NCBI GenBank assembly: GCA_965219995.1
Contig: CBDCOX010000002.1
Coordinates: 3,296,001-3,360,000, forward strand
Length of the DNA: 64,000 nucleotides
Direction: 5' to 3'
Source: Candidatus Latescibacterota bacterium
Lineage (GTDB): Bacteria > Latescibacterota > UBA2968 > GCA-2709665
Below are positions 28,845 through 37,214 of this stretch, piece by piece (positions within the stretch are counted from its first letter, which is position 1; every line of letters begins with the position of its first letter). Made by a program: the position numbers and the translations under genes. Under the pieces are notes generated by a model. That model did no database searches. It saw only the letters and a program-made list of their open reading frames with translations, and was not told where the DNA came from.

Positions 28845-29180
28845 TAAATCAAATATACGCAAGTCAATAAAGGCGATTTGACGGCGGACTTCCAGGAACC
28901 TTCAGGTCAATGGACGTGAACGGACGAAACATCCTTTCGGACGACCTTTACGCCCCGTTTCGGAAATTATCTCCGCGGTGTCGGCTTGCTGGATTTTTCG
29001 ATTTAAGGCAAGTTGCCACAAGAGACACGAAAACAGGTATCCTGTTACCGGGCGTATGGCCGAAAGACAAGGAAATACCTGCAGGGTCACGGCGTTACGA
29101 CACCCGCCGTTTCGCACCGATACATCTTGTGCCTTTTGTACTTTTTGTGGCGAATTTTACGTTTGTCTTTTTTCGACTTG
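28845..29180. repeat. Dispersed intergenic repeat, copy 2 (with ~110-bp internal extra segment)
   Basis: Colinear with 6213-6440. Confidence 0.8.
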
Positions 29181-29184
29181 AGGT

Positions 29185-31548
29185 TTATTCATACCGCAAC
29201 GCATCCACAGGGTTCGCGCGGGCCGCCCGGACTGTCCGGACGCTCACCGTCAGCAGCACGACCGCCAGCGTCAGCACACCACCCATAACGAACGTCCCGA
29301 CTCCCGGATCGACGCGATACGCGAAATCCTGCAGCCACCGATCCATCGCCCACCACGCGACCGGCCACGCGATCGCATTGGCAACCCCCACCAGCAGCAC
29401 GAATTCGCGCGACAGCAGACTCACGACGTCTGTCACACTGGCGCCCGATATCTTGCGAATGCCGATCTGCTTCGTTCGCCGCGTTACGGCAAACGCCGTC
29501 AATCCGAACGCCCCCAGACACCCAACAAAAATCGCAAGCAGCGTTCCGTACCCGATGATTCGATGCAATCGCTCTTCGGTTCGGTATTGGCGATCGATGC
29601 TTTCATCGAGGAAAAAATATCGGAAACCGGAGGATTGTGTCACGGCTTCCCATTGATCCTTCATATACGCCAGTGTCCCGGGGATATCGTCGGGACGAAC
29701 CCGAACCACCAGTCGGTCGTATGGATAATCCGGATCGCATTTCAGCAGTGCGGGGCCAATCTTGTGATGGAGCGAACGAAAATGAAAATCGTTCACCACC
29801 CCGATCACCGTCACTTCGTCGAAAAATCTCAATATCTTTCCGATCGGCGACCCCGGCCCCAGCCGCCTGGCCAGCGTTTCGTTGATAACCACGGACGCAG
29901 CAGGATCCGTCGCAAGGTCCTGTGAGTAATTCCGCCCCTCGATCAATTCGATTTGCAGCGTTGGAATAAAATCGAAATCGACATAGAACACCTCGACGCC
30001 CTTGATGTCTGTTCCATCATACGCCACACCGCCGCGTGACTGTTGTCTATTGTCCATCAGGTGGAACATCCCGGTCACGCCGACAATCGCGTGATGAGAT
30101 AAGAGGGCGTCCCGATAGGTTTCAATGCCTTCGTTCCCCTGGTCCCGGAGCTTGCCGGCTTGCCAGACGCCAATCAGGTGTTCACTGTCAAAGCCGAGGG
30201 GTTTGTTCCGCAGATAGTCGAGCTGAAGGGTCACCACCAGGGCGCAGATGACCAGTGCCGCGGACATCGCGATCTGAAAGACCAGGAGAAACCTGCTGAT
30301 AAGTCCTGCCCCCACAATTCTCAATCGGTTGTTGAGCACATGAATCGGCACAAAACCGGACAGGACAAAGGCCGGGTAGCTGCCAGCAGACAAACCCACG
30401 ATCAAGGCCAGGCCGATCAACGCGGCCACTGCCGATCTGTCCAGATTCGCAGCCAACGAAAGCTCCTGATCCATCAGGCTGTTGAACAGCGGCATCAGCA
30501 CTTCTGCCAGTACAACGCCAACCATCAATGCGACGAGGCTCAGGAGTATCGATTCCGATAGAAATCGCGCGATAACCTGAGGTCTGCGCGCACCAGCCAC
30601 TTTGCGTATGCCTACCTCTCGCGCCCGGGATGGCGACCTTCCCAGCGCAAGGGTCGTAAAATTCACACATGCGATTAACAGTATCAGAATTGCAAGGCAC
30701 AACAGAATGTAGCTATAGGCCCGGTCGGTGGCGGGTTCGGGTCCACGGATATCAGGACTGAAGTGCACATCCTCGAGGGGCTGTAATTTCAATTCCTGCT
30801 TCTCGCCCATAATGGGCCACGACCACGTGATGAAACGCGGGAACAGGCCTTCCAATGCCGCGACGTCGATCCGGTCGCGCAACAATGCGTATATGCTGGT
30901 ATTGCTTGTCATATTCCACGTGTTCAGCGCGTCCTCGACATTCTCAAAGGACTGTAGAAAGCCGAACTGAATGCTGGAAGCCTCGGGAACATCCTTCAGA
31001 ATGCCCGAAATCAAAACCTGGCGCACTTCTGAATCACGTGTAAATGATATCGATTTGCCCAGTGGATCTTCTCTACCGAATAATCTCCGAGCGGCTTTTT
31101 CTGTAATAACGATGGCGTCCTTGCGATCAAGCGTTGTTTTCGGGTCGCCTTTCAGCAATGGAAACGTAAAGACATCCCAAAAACCCGGATCCACATATGC
31201 GATTCGCTCCCTGAATGAACGGTCGCCATATCGGAACGTGCGAGACGTGCTATGGATTCTCACCACGCGTTGCATTTGTTCGGGAAATGCTTCCGCCAAC
31301 GCCGGACCGAGAGGTCCCGGCATGATCGCCGTGGCGACACTTCCTTCGCCCACTTCACCCCTGTTGTACACACGATATATCCGATCTGCCCTTTCGTGAA
31401 ATGCGTCAAAAGACCATTCGTGCCGCACGTACAGAAACGCCAGAATGGAAAACGCAATGCCAAACGCGAGCCCTACGATGTTGATGGCTGAATACACTTT
31501 GTGGCGTATGAGGTCGCGGTACGCCACGGTCAGATAATTTCGGAGCAA
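29185..31548 (-). CDS. ABC transporter permease, duplicated MacB/FtsX type (paralog 2)
   Basis: MLRNYLTVAYR, REVGIRKVAGA, KQIGIRKISGAS, ANPVDALRYE. Confidence 0.93.
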   Translation of the reverse strand: MLRNYLTVAYRDLIRHKVYSAINIVGLAFGIAFSILAFLYVRHEWSFDAFHERADRIYRVYNRGEVGEGSVATAIMPGPLGPALAEAFPEQMQRVVRIHSTSRTFRYGDRSFRERIAYVDPGFWDVFTFPLLKGDPKTTLDRKDAIVITEKAARRLFGREDPLGKSISFTRDSEVRQVLISGILKDVPEASSIQFGFLQSFENVEDALNTWNMTSNTSIYALLRDRIDVAALEGLFPRFITWSWPIMGEKQELKLQPLEDVHFSPDIRGPEPATDRAYSYILLCLAILILLIACVNFTTLALGRSPSRAREVGIRKVAGARRPQVIARFLSESILLSLVALMVGVVLAEVLMPLFNSLMDQELSLAANLDRSAVAALIGLALIVGLSAGSYPAFVLSGFVPIHVLNNRLRIVGAGLISRFLLVFQIAMSAALVICALVVTLQLDYLRNKPLGFDSEHLIGVWQAGKLRDQGNEGIETYRDALLSHHAIVGVTGMFHLMDNRQQSRGGVAYDGTDIKGVEVFYVDFDFIPTLQIELIEGRNYSQDLATDPAASVVINETLARRLGPGSPIGKILRFFDEVTVIGVVNDFHFRSLHHKIGPALLKCDPDYPYDRLVVRVRPDDIPGTLAYMKDQWEAVTQSSGFRYFFLDESIDRQYRTEERLHRIIGYGTLLAIFVGCLGAFGLTAFAVTRRTKQIGIRKISGASVTDVVSLLSREFVLLVGVANAIAWPVAWWAMDRWLQDFAYRVDPGVGTFVMGGVLTLAVVLLTVSVRTVRAARANPVDALRYE

Positions 31549-31644
31549 CTGGATCTCCCTGTAGCTGAAGCGTCGCTGTCGAAGACTTCCTCATCCATTC
31601 CCCTGAGTCCTCTGCATATCTGACGATAAGGGATCGCGGCTATC

Positions 31645-31778
31645 CGCGTAGGCTGTGCCAGTGCGATTATTGTGCCAATGCAGCAAGTTATTAATTAACA
31701 AATGGTTGTGATATTGAGCGACCTCTGCGGCCGATCACATGTGTTCGATAATGATACACTATTGTCCGAAAATGGACA
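31645..31778 (-). promoter_or_regulatory. Sigma54 promoter module 2
   Basis: Minus strand TGGCACA-ATAA-TCGCA (31662-31677) and a second box TGGCACA-GCCT-ACGCG (31645-31660); TAACAAATGGTTG (31696-31708); GTGTTCGATAATGATACAC and TGTCCGAAAATGGACA (31741-31778). Confidence 0.75.
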
Positions 31779-31954
31779 CTCTGTCGGGCGACTCACCGTC
31801 GCGGGGACGTATTTCGAACATTTGGCCGAAAGCGGACGGGTGGAGCATCCGACGATTTATACCGGTCATTATCGCAATTATGGAATTGCATCAACACCCG
31901 AATCTTGTGATATTTACCTGTAGATTAACCTACAGCCTGACCCGGAGGACGCCG

Positions 31955-32200
31955 ATGTACAAGATTTCCCTTACTGAAGCCAAATCGCGATTGGCTGAAC
32001 TGGTTAAGGAAGCCGTGAGCGGTGAAGAAATTATCATTACTCAGCAAAATGGCTCTGCAGTTAGACTGGTACCCCTCGCGTCCGACAAACCTGTTCCAGA
32101 ATTCGGTAGCGCCCGGGGACTCGTAGCGATGTCTGACGATTTCGACGAACCTCTTGACGATTTCAAGGATTTTTCTCCATTAAGCAGTTCCTCACCTTAA
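31955..32200 (+). CDS. Phd/YefM-type antitoxin with DUF2281-like tail; no intact toxin downstream
   Basis: GGAGG RBS; MYKISLTEAKSRLAELVKEAVSGEEIIIT...FGSARG...SDDFDEPL. Confidence 0.85.
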   Translation: MYKISLTEAKSRLAELVKEAVSGEEIIITQQNGSAVRLVPLASDKPVPEFGSARGLVAMSDDFDEPLDDFKDFSPLSSSSP

Positions 32201-32524
32201 GATCCTTCCCTCACACGTTTCACATCTCGCCTCTTCTTCCCAATCTCCCCGCCATTTGCTGACCACGTATTACCAGGAGCAGAAAATAGTCGACGTCTTT
32301 AGCTCCTGCTAAGATGGTAGGGGACTTGCCCGAACCGGGACGTTGAACTTATCGAAGCGCCCATGCATATGCCGCCACCCGCGGTTTCGTAGGGGCGACT
32401 CTTGTGGTCGCGCGTCTGTCAGCACAAACATCGCTGCTTGACATCTCGTTGCCACATCGCTAGTCGATTTCGCCTGATTGCTGCTCGGGATCGCGAAACC
32501 ACTCTGGTCACGAACGCTGTGCGG

Positions 32525-32930
32525 TTCCAGAGCACGTCCAGAGCAGAGCGCGCTGATCCGTACAGCAACGCTGTTCGATGTGCCTCCGCGGGTCTCAGGG
32601 CAGAGGATCCTGTGCATCCTGTGAGTGGATTCGCGCTGTGCCTGTGGCAGGCCCCGCGCCCAGCGGCGACTATTCTAAATGCGGTAAGAGGGTAGACGTG
32701 AGACGGTAGAAGATAACGTTACCACCGTGTTTTCACGCTAACCGTGCCTGTTTCTCTACCGTTATCGTAACGACAAGAAATACCATGTGGCACTGATATC
32801 ATCTCCCGTCTCCCGTCTTACGTCTCCCCGCCTTTAGGGAATTTGGGGAAAAGGGGATTTTGAAGTTGATCTTCGGCTTGATGGTTTTCGATTTTGGTTC
32901 AAGCTGATTGCTGATGGCTGACCGCTGACA
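32525..32930. repeat. Intergenic repeat copy A, interrupted by a heptamer-ended element (32678-32837)
   Basis: AGCAGAGCGCGCTGATCCGT...GGCAGGCCCCGCGCCCAGCGGCGACT and AGGGAATTTGGGGAAAAGGGGATTTTGAAGTTGATCTTCGGCTTGATGG shared with 33640-33910. Confidence 0.8.
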
Positions 32931-33248
32931 GATGTTTCTCGACGGCAAGGAATGTGGGGAGATGTGGACGTTGAGTTTGATTCTTGGTTTTGATTCTAAC
33001 TGACGGCTGACAACGGATCGCTGCTTTTCTCCCGCCGAATTCAGGCAGCTTGTTTCCGGGACTGAACACCAGGCGCTGATAGACGAGAATTGATAACGCC
33101 GGACCGTTCGCTAACCGGGTTCAGCTGACTGCTTACGGCTGATTGCTGACCGCTTTTACCGGATGGTCATTTATTCATGGAACAAATCTCCTCGGAAAAC
33201 GATCAAATCCATGAAACCAATATACAATCTCAAGAGGGGGTGGTCATC

Positions 33249-33323
33249 GTGCCACAGATCAAACGGCGAAGGCGCCGCCCGAGGCTCATATTCGTCAAGG
33301 GTCGAAGGCGACCAAAGGAATAA
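33249..33323 (+). CDS. Small Arg/Lys-rich peptide, 24 aa (MPQIKRRRRRPRLIFVKGRRRPKE)
   Basis: TACAAT -10-like box at 33223-33228, AAGAGGGGGT RBS 7 nt before GTG, strong terminator 12 nt after the stop. Confidence 0.6.
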   Translation: MPQIKRRRRRPRLIFVKGRRRPKE

Positions 33324-33334
33324 ATCAGCGCAAA

Positions 33335-33371
33335 AATCACCGGTCTCGTAGAGAGGCCGGTGATTCTTTTT
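33335..33371 (+). terminator. Rho-independent terminator
   Basis: AATCACCGGTCTC-GTAGA-GAGGCCGGTGATT followed by CTTTTT. Confidence 0.85.
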
Positions 33372-33639
33372 ACTCGTTCAAGCCTCCACAGTCTAACCAA
33401 AAAAGCAGCGATCAGCCGTTAGCCGTCAGCCAAAACCGAAAACCAAACACCGCAACCCATACAAACCCAACATCGCAAAGCCCGTGCTGGGGGAAAGGCC
33501 TGCGCCGTTCTGGTCCTGGTGTGTCACGGAGTCGACGAGACGTGATGTCGGTTTTAGCTGAATGCCTTTCTCCAATAGCTGTTTGTCCCTCGCTCACAGA
33601 AAGCGAACGTATACACGTATGAACAGCCTTTCGAGAGGG

Positions 33640-33910
33640 CTTCCAAAGCAGAGCGCGCTGATCCGTCCAGCTACGCGGGTCGATGTGCCGGCGTGGGTGT
33701 GAGGGCTGCGAATTGTGTGCATGCTGTGAGGGTGTTCGCGCTGTGCATATGGCAGGCCCCGCGCCCAGCGGCGACTTTTGGTTCCTTTTGGTCGCTTCAA
33801 AAGGAACCCGCCGGAGGCAGGGAATTTGGGGAAAAGGGGATTTTGAAGTTGATCTTCGGCTTGATGGTTTTCGATTTTGGTTCAAGTTGATGGCTGACCG
33901 CTGACTGCTA
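33640..33910. repeat. Intergenic repeat copy B (uninterrupted)
   Basis: Colinear with 32525-32930. Confidence 0.8.
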
Positions 33911-34000
33911 ATAGCTGTTCTTTCCCTTTGTGTCTTTGTGTCTCCGTGCGAGCTGATTTTCGGTTTCGGCGAAGATCCGGCGCCTGGTTCTGCTCCCCCT

Positions 34001-35194
34001 CTACCCTCGTGAGAGGGGCCGGGAGGTGAGGGTCTCCCCGCCTTTGGGTATTTTGAATACCAACCCCACGCCGATCAGCATCAGAACCGCGCTGACTTCG
34101 AATGCCCGCCGCAGGCCGTATGCGTCTCCCATCATGCCGAGCAACAACATCGCCAGTCCCCGAAGCGCGAATCCTCCGCCCATATAGAGCCCAGTCGCAA
34201 ACGCCCTGTTTTCCGGGCAGCTTTCCTGGACCATCGCCAACACCACCGGTCCGGTCGCAAGCGCGACAAATCCCATGACGACCAGAACGGGAAAGAGAAA
34301 CCAGCCCTGACTCTGGAGAAACAGAAACAGCAGGAGCGGACTCCCGATCATGGAAAAGGCGAGCACCTGTTTGCGCCCCCACCGATCGCTGACCCATCCG
34401 CCGGTCAGCGCGCCCGCGATGCCCGCGCCTTCCAGCACGGAAAGAGACGCGCCGGCCAGCCACAGGCTCGCCCCCTCTTCATTCAGAAAGGTCGGGAGAA
34501 ACGCGGTCAGCGAGGCCATCATAAACGCCCTGACGAACACGATTCCGGATAGCGGGACCATGACGGGCGCCATCCGCCGCAGCGCGGCTTGCCACGGCAG
34601 CGCTCGATAGAAGGAAAACGCACGGGCGGCGACGCGCCCCATCCGGAACAGGAGCACGATCGAGGCCAGGATCCCGGCCGGAATCAGATAGGTTGTCCCC
34701 GCGATCCCCCACAGACCGATGACGGTCACGATCAGGATGGGCCCCAGGGTGCGGCCGAGTTCGCCGCACAACATCCAGATGCCCATCCCGCGGCCCAGGT
34801 TCGGGCCGGAAAGCCTTCCGGCCACCGCCGGTCCGACCGCGTGAAAGGCGGCTGAGGCAAACCCGGTGACGAGCAACAAAGCGACCAGGGACCCATAGTT
34901 CGGCGCGACACCCAGCAGGCTCATGGCAATGCCCGTTATCGCGGGTCCCAGAATTACGAGGAACCGCAGATTCGAGCGGTCCGCCCGATGCCCGATGATC
35001 GGTTGGAACACGGACGGAGCCTGTCGCGCCAGCATCAACAGGCTGGCCTCGGTCTTCGACAGGGAAAGCGTTCGAATGAAGATGGGAAGCAGCGGCGCCA
35101 GGAATCCGCTGTACGTATCGTGCACGGCGTGCCCACCAGATAGTACGACCACGTCGGCGGTCTGAAATCGATCCTCCTGGCGCTTATCGGACAT
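34001..35194 (-). CDS. MFS transporter (Fsr-like)
   Basis: GHAVHDTYSGFLAPLLP, QPIIGHRADR, GWVSDRWGRK; about 12 hydrophobic segments. Confidence 0.9.
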   Translation of the reverse strand: MSDKRQEDRFQTADVVVLSGGHAVHDTYSGFLAPLLPIFIRTLSLSKTEASLLMLARQAPSVFQPIIGHRADRSNLRFLVILGPAITGIAMSLLGVAPNYGSLVALLLVTGFASAAFHAVGPAVAGRLSGPNLGRGMGIWMLCGELGRTLGPILIVTVIGLWGIAGTTYLIPAGILASIVLLFRMGRVAARAFSFYRALPWQAALRRMAPVMVPLSGIVFVRAFMMASLTAFLPTFLNEEGASLWLAGASLSVLEGAGIAGALTGGWVSDRWGRKQVLAFSMIGSPLLLFLFLQSQGWFLFPVLVVMGFVALATGPVVLAMVQESCPENRAFATGLYMGGGFALRGLAMLLLGMMGDAYGLRRAFEVSAVLMLIGVGLVFKIPKGGETLTSRPLSRG

Positions 35195-35347
35195 AGGATG
35201 CTCACACGGAAAAAGCGGCCCGTTATGACCGCTTTTCCAGCCTCTTCAATTCATAAAGCGAAACTTACATGGATGGACCTGCCAGCTGAAGCAGGCGAGA
35301 CAGGCAGGTTAGACAGATTAACGTCCCCGAAAATTGAGGAATCATAG

Positions 35348-36721
35348 TCAGACGCGCACCCAGTACAGCTGGTTGTCGATGGTCTCGCCCTCGTCCGCAT
35401 ATCGGGATTCGCCCAGCGTGTAGATGAATGACGGACGGGCGCCCGGCGGGATCGGGTTGGCGCCGTTGGGGCGTTCCAGGGATGACATAACCTGACCTCG
35501 TTCAGGGTCCGATGCGAGCACCTCGCGCGGCGTGAATGTCTCCCCGTAATCGGACGACTCGAGCCAGACGATGCGTGAGAGTTCATCGTGCTCGCGCAGC
35601 CACAAGGTGGGCAGGCCATGGATGCCGGGGGCCCAGTTCGCGTCCGGATGTCCCAGGGCAACGAGCTGGGCGAGAATGCAAAGGACGTCATCGGACGTCA
35701 TGATCGGCTTGAAGGCGACCATCCCCCAGCCGGGCCAGTGTGACGCCACGGCCTCGTTTAACGGCAGTCCGCGCCACCCCCCGGCGCCGGGTGTCTTCAA
35801 ATAGGCACGACACGGCGTGGGTGTGTGGCGCACGTAGCCGACGTAGGGTCGGTCTTTCGAATCGACGGCCAGGCCGCAGTGGTCAATGCCGGGCTTGGGG
35901 TTGTTGCTCTCCCCCTCCTCCAGCAAGTCGAGCGTGTCGGACGTTGCCGGAAGCGGAATTGGGGTCCCGTCGGCTTTCTGCCAGGTACGGCCGAAGTCGG
36001 AGGAGCGCATGTAGCCCACCGCTTGATACAGACCGGATACGTCGCGTGAGTGCTCCCCCGCATTCGGCTTGCGACCCAGAAAAAAGGCCATGCTCATGTG
36101 CATTGTCTTCCGGCCCGGGCCCCAGGCCACGTCGTTGTTCATGCCGGTGTACCCCGTGAAACGCGGCTGCCGGGTCACGATCAGGCCGCAGCTTTGCCAC
36201 GGACCGCCGGAAGGTCTTTCCCACATCTCCATGCCCTTGTGGCTGCCGTCACGGACCATCAGGTGAAGCGTGTCGTCGGGACCGCACAGGAGCACGGGAT
36301 AGGTGTTTCGGCCAAAGGCCTCGACGGGGGTCCAGGCGGACGCATCGTGCGGCCGCAGCGAACGCTGGTACTGCAGCGGCGAGTTGTGTCCGCCCATGAC
36401 CATGTGCAGATATCCCCGGCTATCGACCGCAAGGGTGGGACGGGAGTGTTCGTCGACGCCCTCGGCCAGGAGCGCGCCGGCGGTCCACCTGCCCGATTCA
36501 TGATCGAGCGTGCGTACCCGGGCGAAGTACCTCTGATCGTACGAGTCTTGCCAGGCAATGTGGGTCCTGCCGCCACAGGTGACGATCTTGTTTCCCGGCC
36601 CCTGGCTCGCGCGTTCGCCGGCGATCACGGACAGCAAGGCGTCGCCGCGGTTGCGATCGGCAGCGGCGAACGGGTCGCCCACGTCGCAGGTCCTGATACG
36701 TTCAAACAATTCAGTCTCCAT
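35348..36721 (-). CDS. BNR-4 / Asp-box repeat protein
   Basis: DEHSRPTLAVDSRGYLHM.GGHN; SSDFGRTW and SSDYGETF Asp-boxes. Confidence 0.8.
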   Translation of the reverse strand: METELFERIRTCDVGDPFAAADRNRGDALLSVIAGERASQGPGNKIVTCGGRTHIAWQDSYDQRYFARVRTLDHESGRWTAGALLAEGVDEHSRPTLAVDSRGYLHMVMGGHNSPLQYQRSLRPHDASAWTPVEAFGRNTYPVLLCGPDDTLHLMVRDGSHKGMEMWERPSGGPWQSCGLIVTRQPRFTGYTGMNNDVAWGPGRKTMHMSMAFFLGRKPNAGEHSRDVSGLYQAVGYMRSSDFGRTWQKADGTPIPLPATSDTLDLLEEGESNNPKPGIDHCGLAVDSKDRPYVGYVRHTPTPCRAYLKTPGAGGWRGLPLNEAVASHWPGWGMVAFKPIMTSDDVLCILAQLVALGHPDANWAPGIHGLPTLWLREHDELSRIVWLESSDYGETFTPREVLASDPERGQVMSSLERPNGANPIPPGARPSFIYTLGESRYADEGETIDNQLYWVRV

Positions 36722-36879
36722 TGCTCTCCTCCCTCGTCATTCATCGAGCGCCAGATGCCGTTTATGCGGCAAGCGCCCGGGATATCCCGGGCGCAACCAA
36801 AAAAACTGGGTAACTGAATGTAAGTCAATTCGCTATGGAAACTCAAGAACGAGAGGCTGTGGCTTTCAGCGCGCGACTT

Positions 36880-37210
36880 GCTGGCGAAGCCGCCAGGCGA
36901 CGATCCGTCCGCGCATATGGGCTGGCGATGCCTTCCGCTAAACGTCAACCCGAATAGACGGGAGATTCTTCGCTGCGCTCAGAATGACATGTTTTGCACT
37001 CGACATCTGCGAAGTGTGTCCGTCATGCCCTCGCCAAACATGTCATCCTGAGAAAGCCGCCCAGCCTGCCGGCCATTCACCGGCAGGCTGGCTGACGAAG
37101 GATCTACTGCGGCATCGCTTGATAACCGAGCGTCTTCTGTCATTCGCCGTGACCGGGCAGGCGGCACATCTGCTCCCCTCTCCGTGCAGGGAGGGGCTGG
37201 GGGAGTGGTC
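36880..37210 (+). repeat. REP-mosaic repeat family, block 1 (3' flank of permease 3)
   Basis: AGATTCTTCGCTGCGCTCAGAATGACA; GTCATCCTGAG...GACGAAGGATCTACTGCGGCATCG...GCGGCAC. Confidence 0.85.
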
Positions 37211-37214
37211 GCTC

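Noticed and set aside
33163-33351. 62-aa ORF in the track overlapping the Arg-rich peptide
   Set aside because: No RBS, and it runs into the terminator stem; the 24-aa frame fits the RBS and terminator better.
35208-35238. Hairpin just upstream of the MFS start as a riboswitch or attenuator
   Set aside because: No recognisable aptamer; more simply the terminator of the BNR gene.
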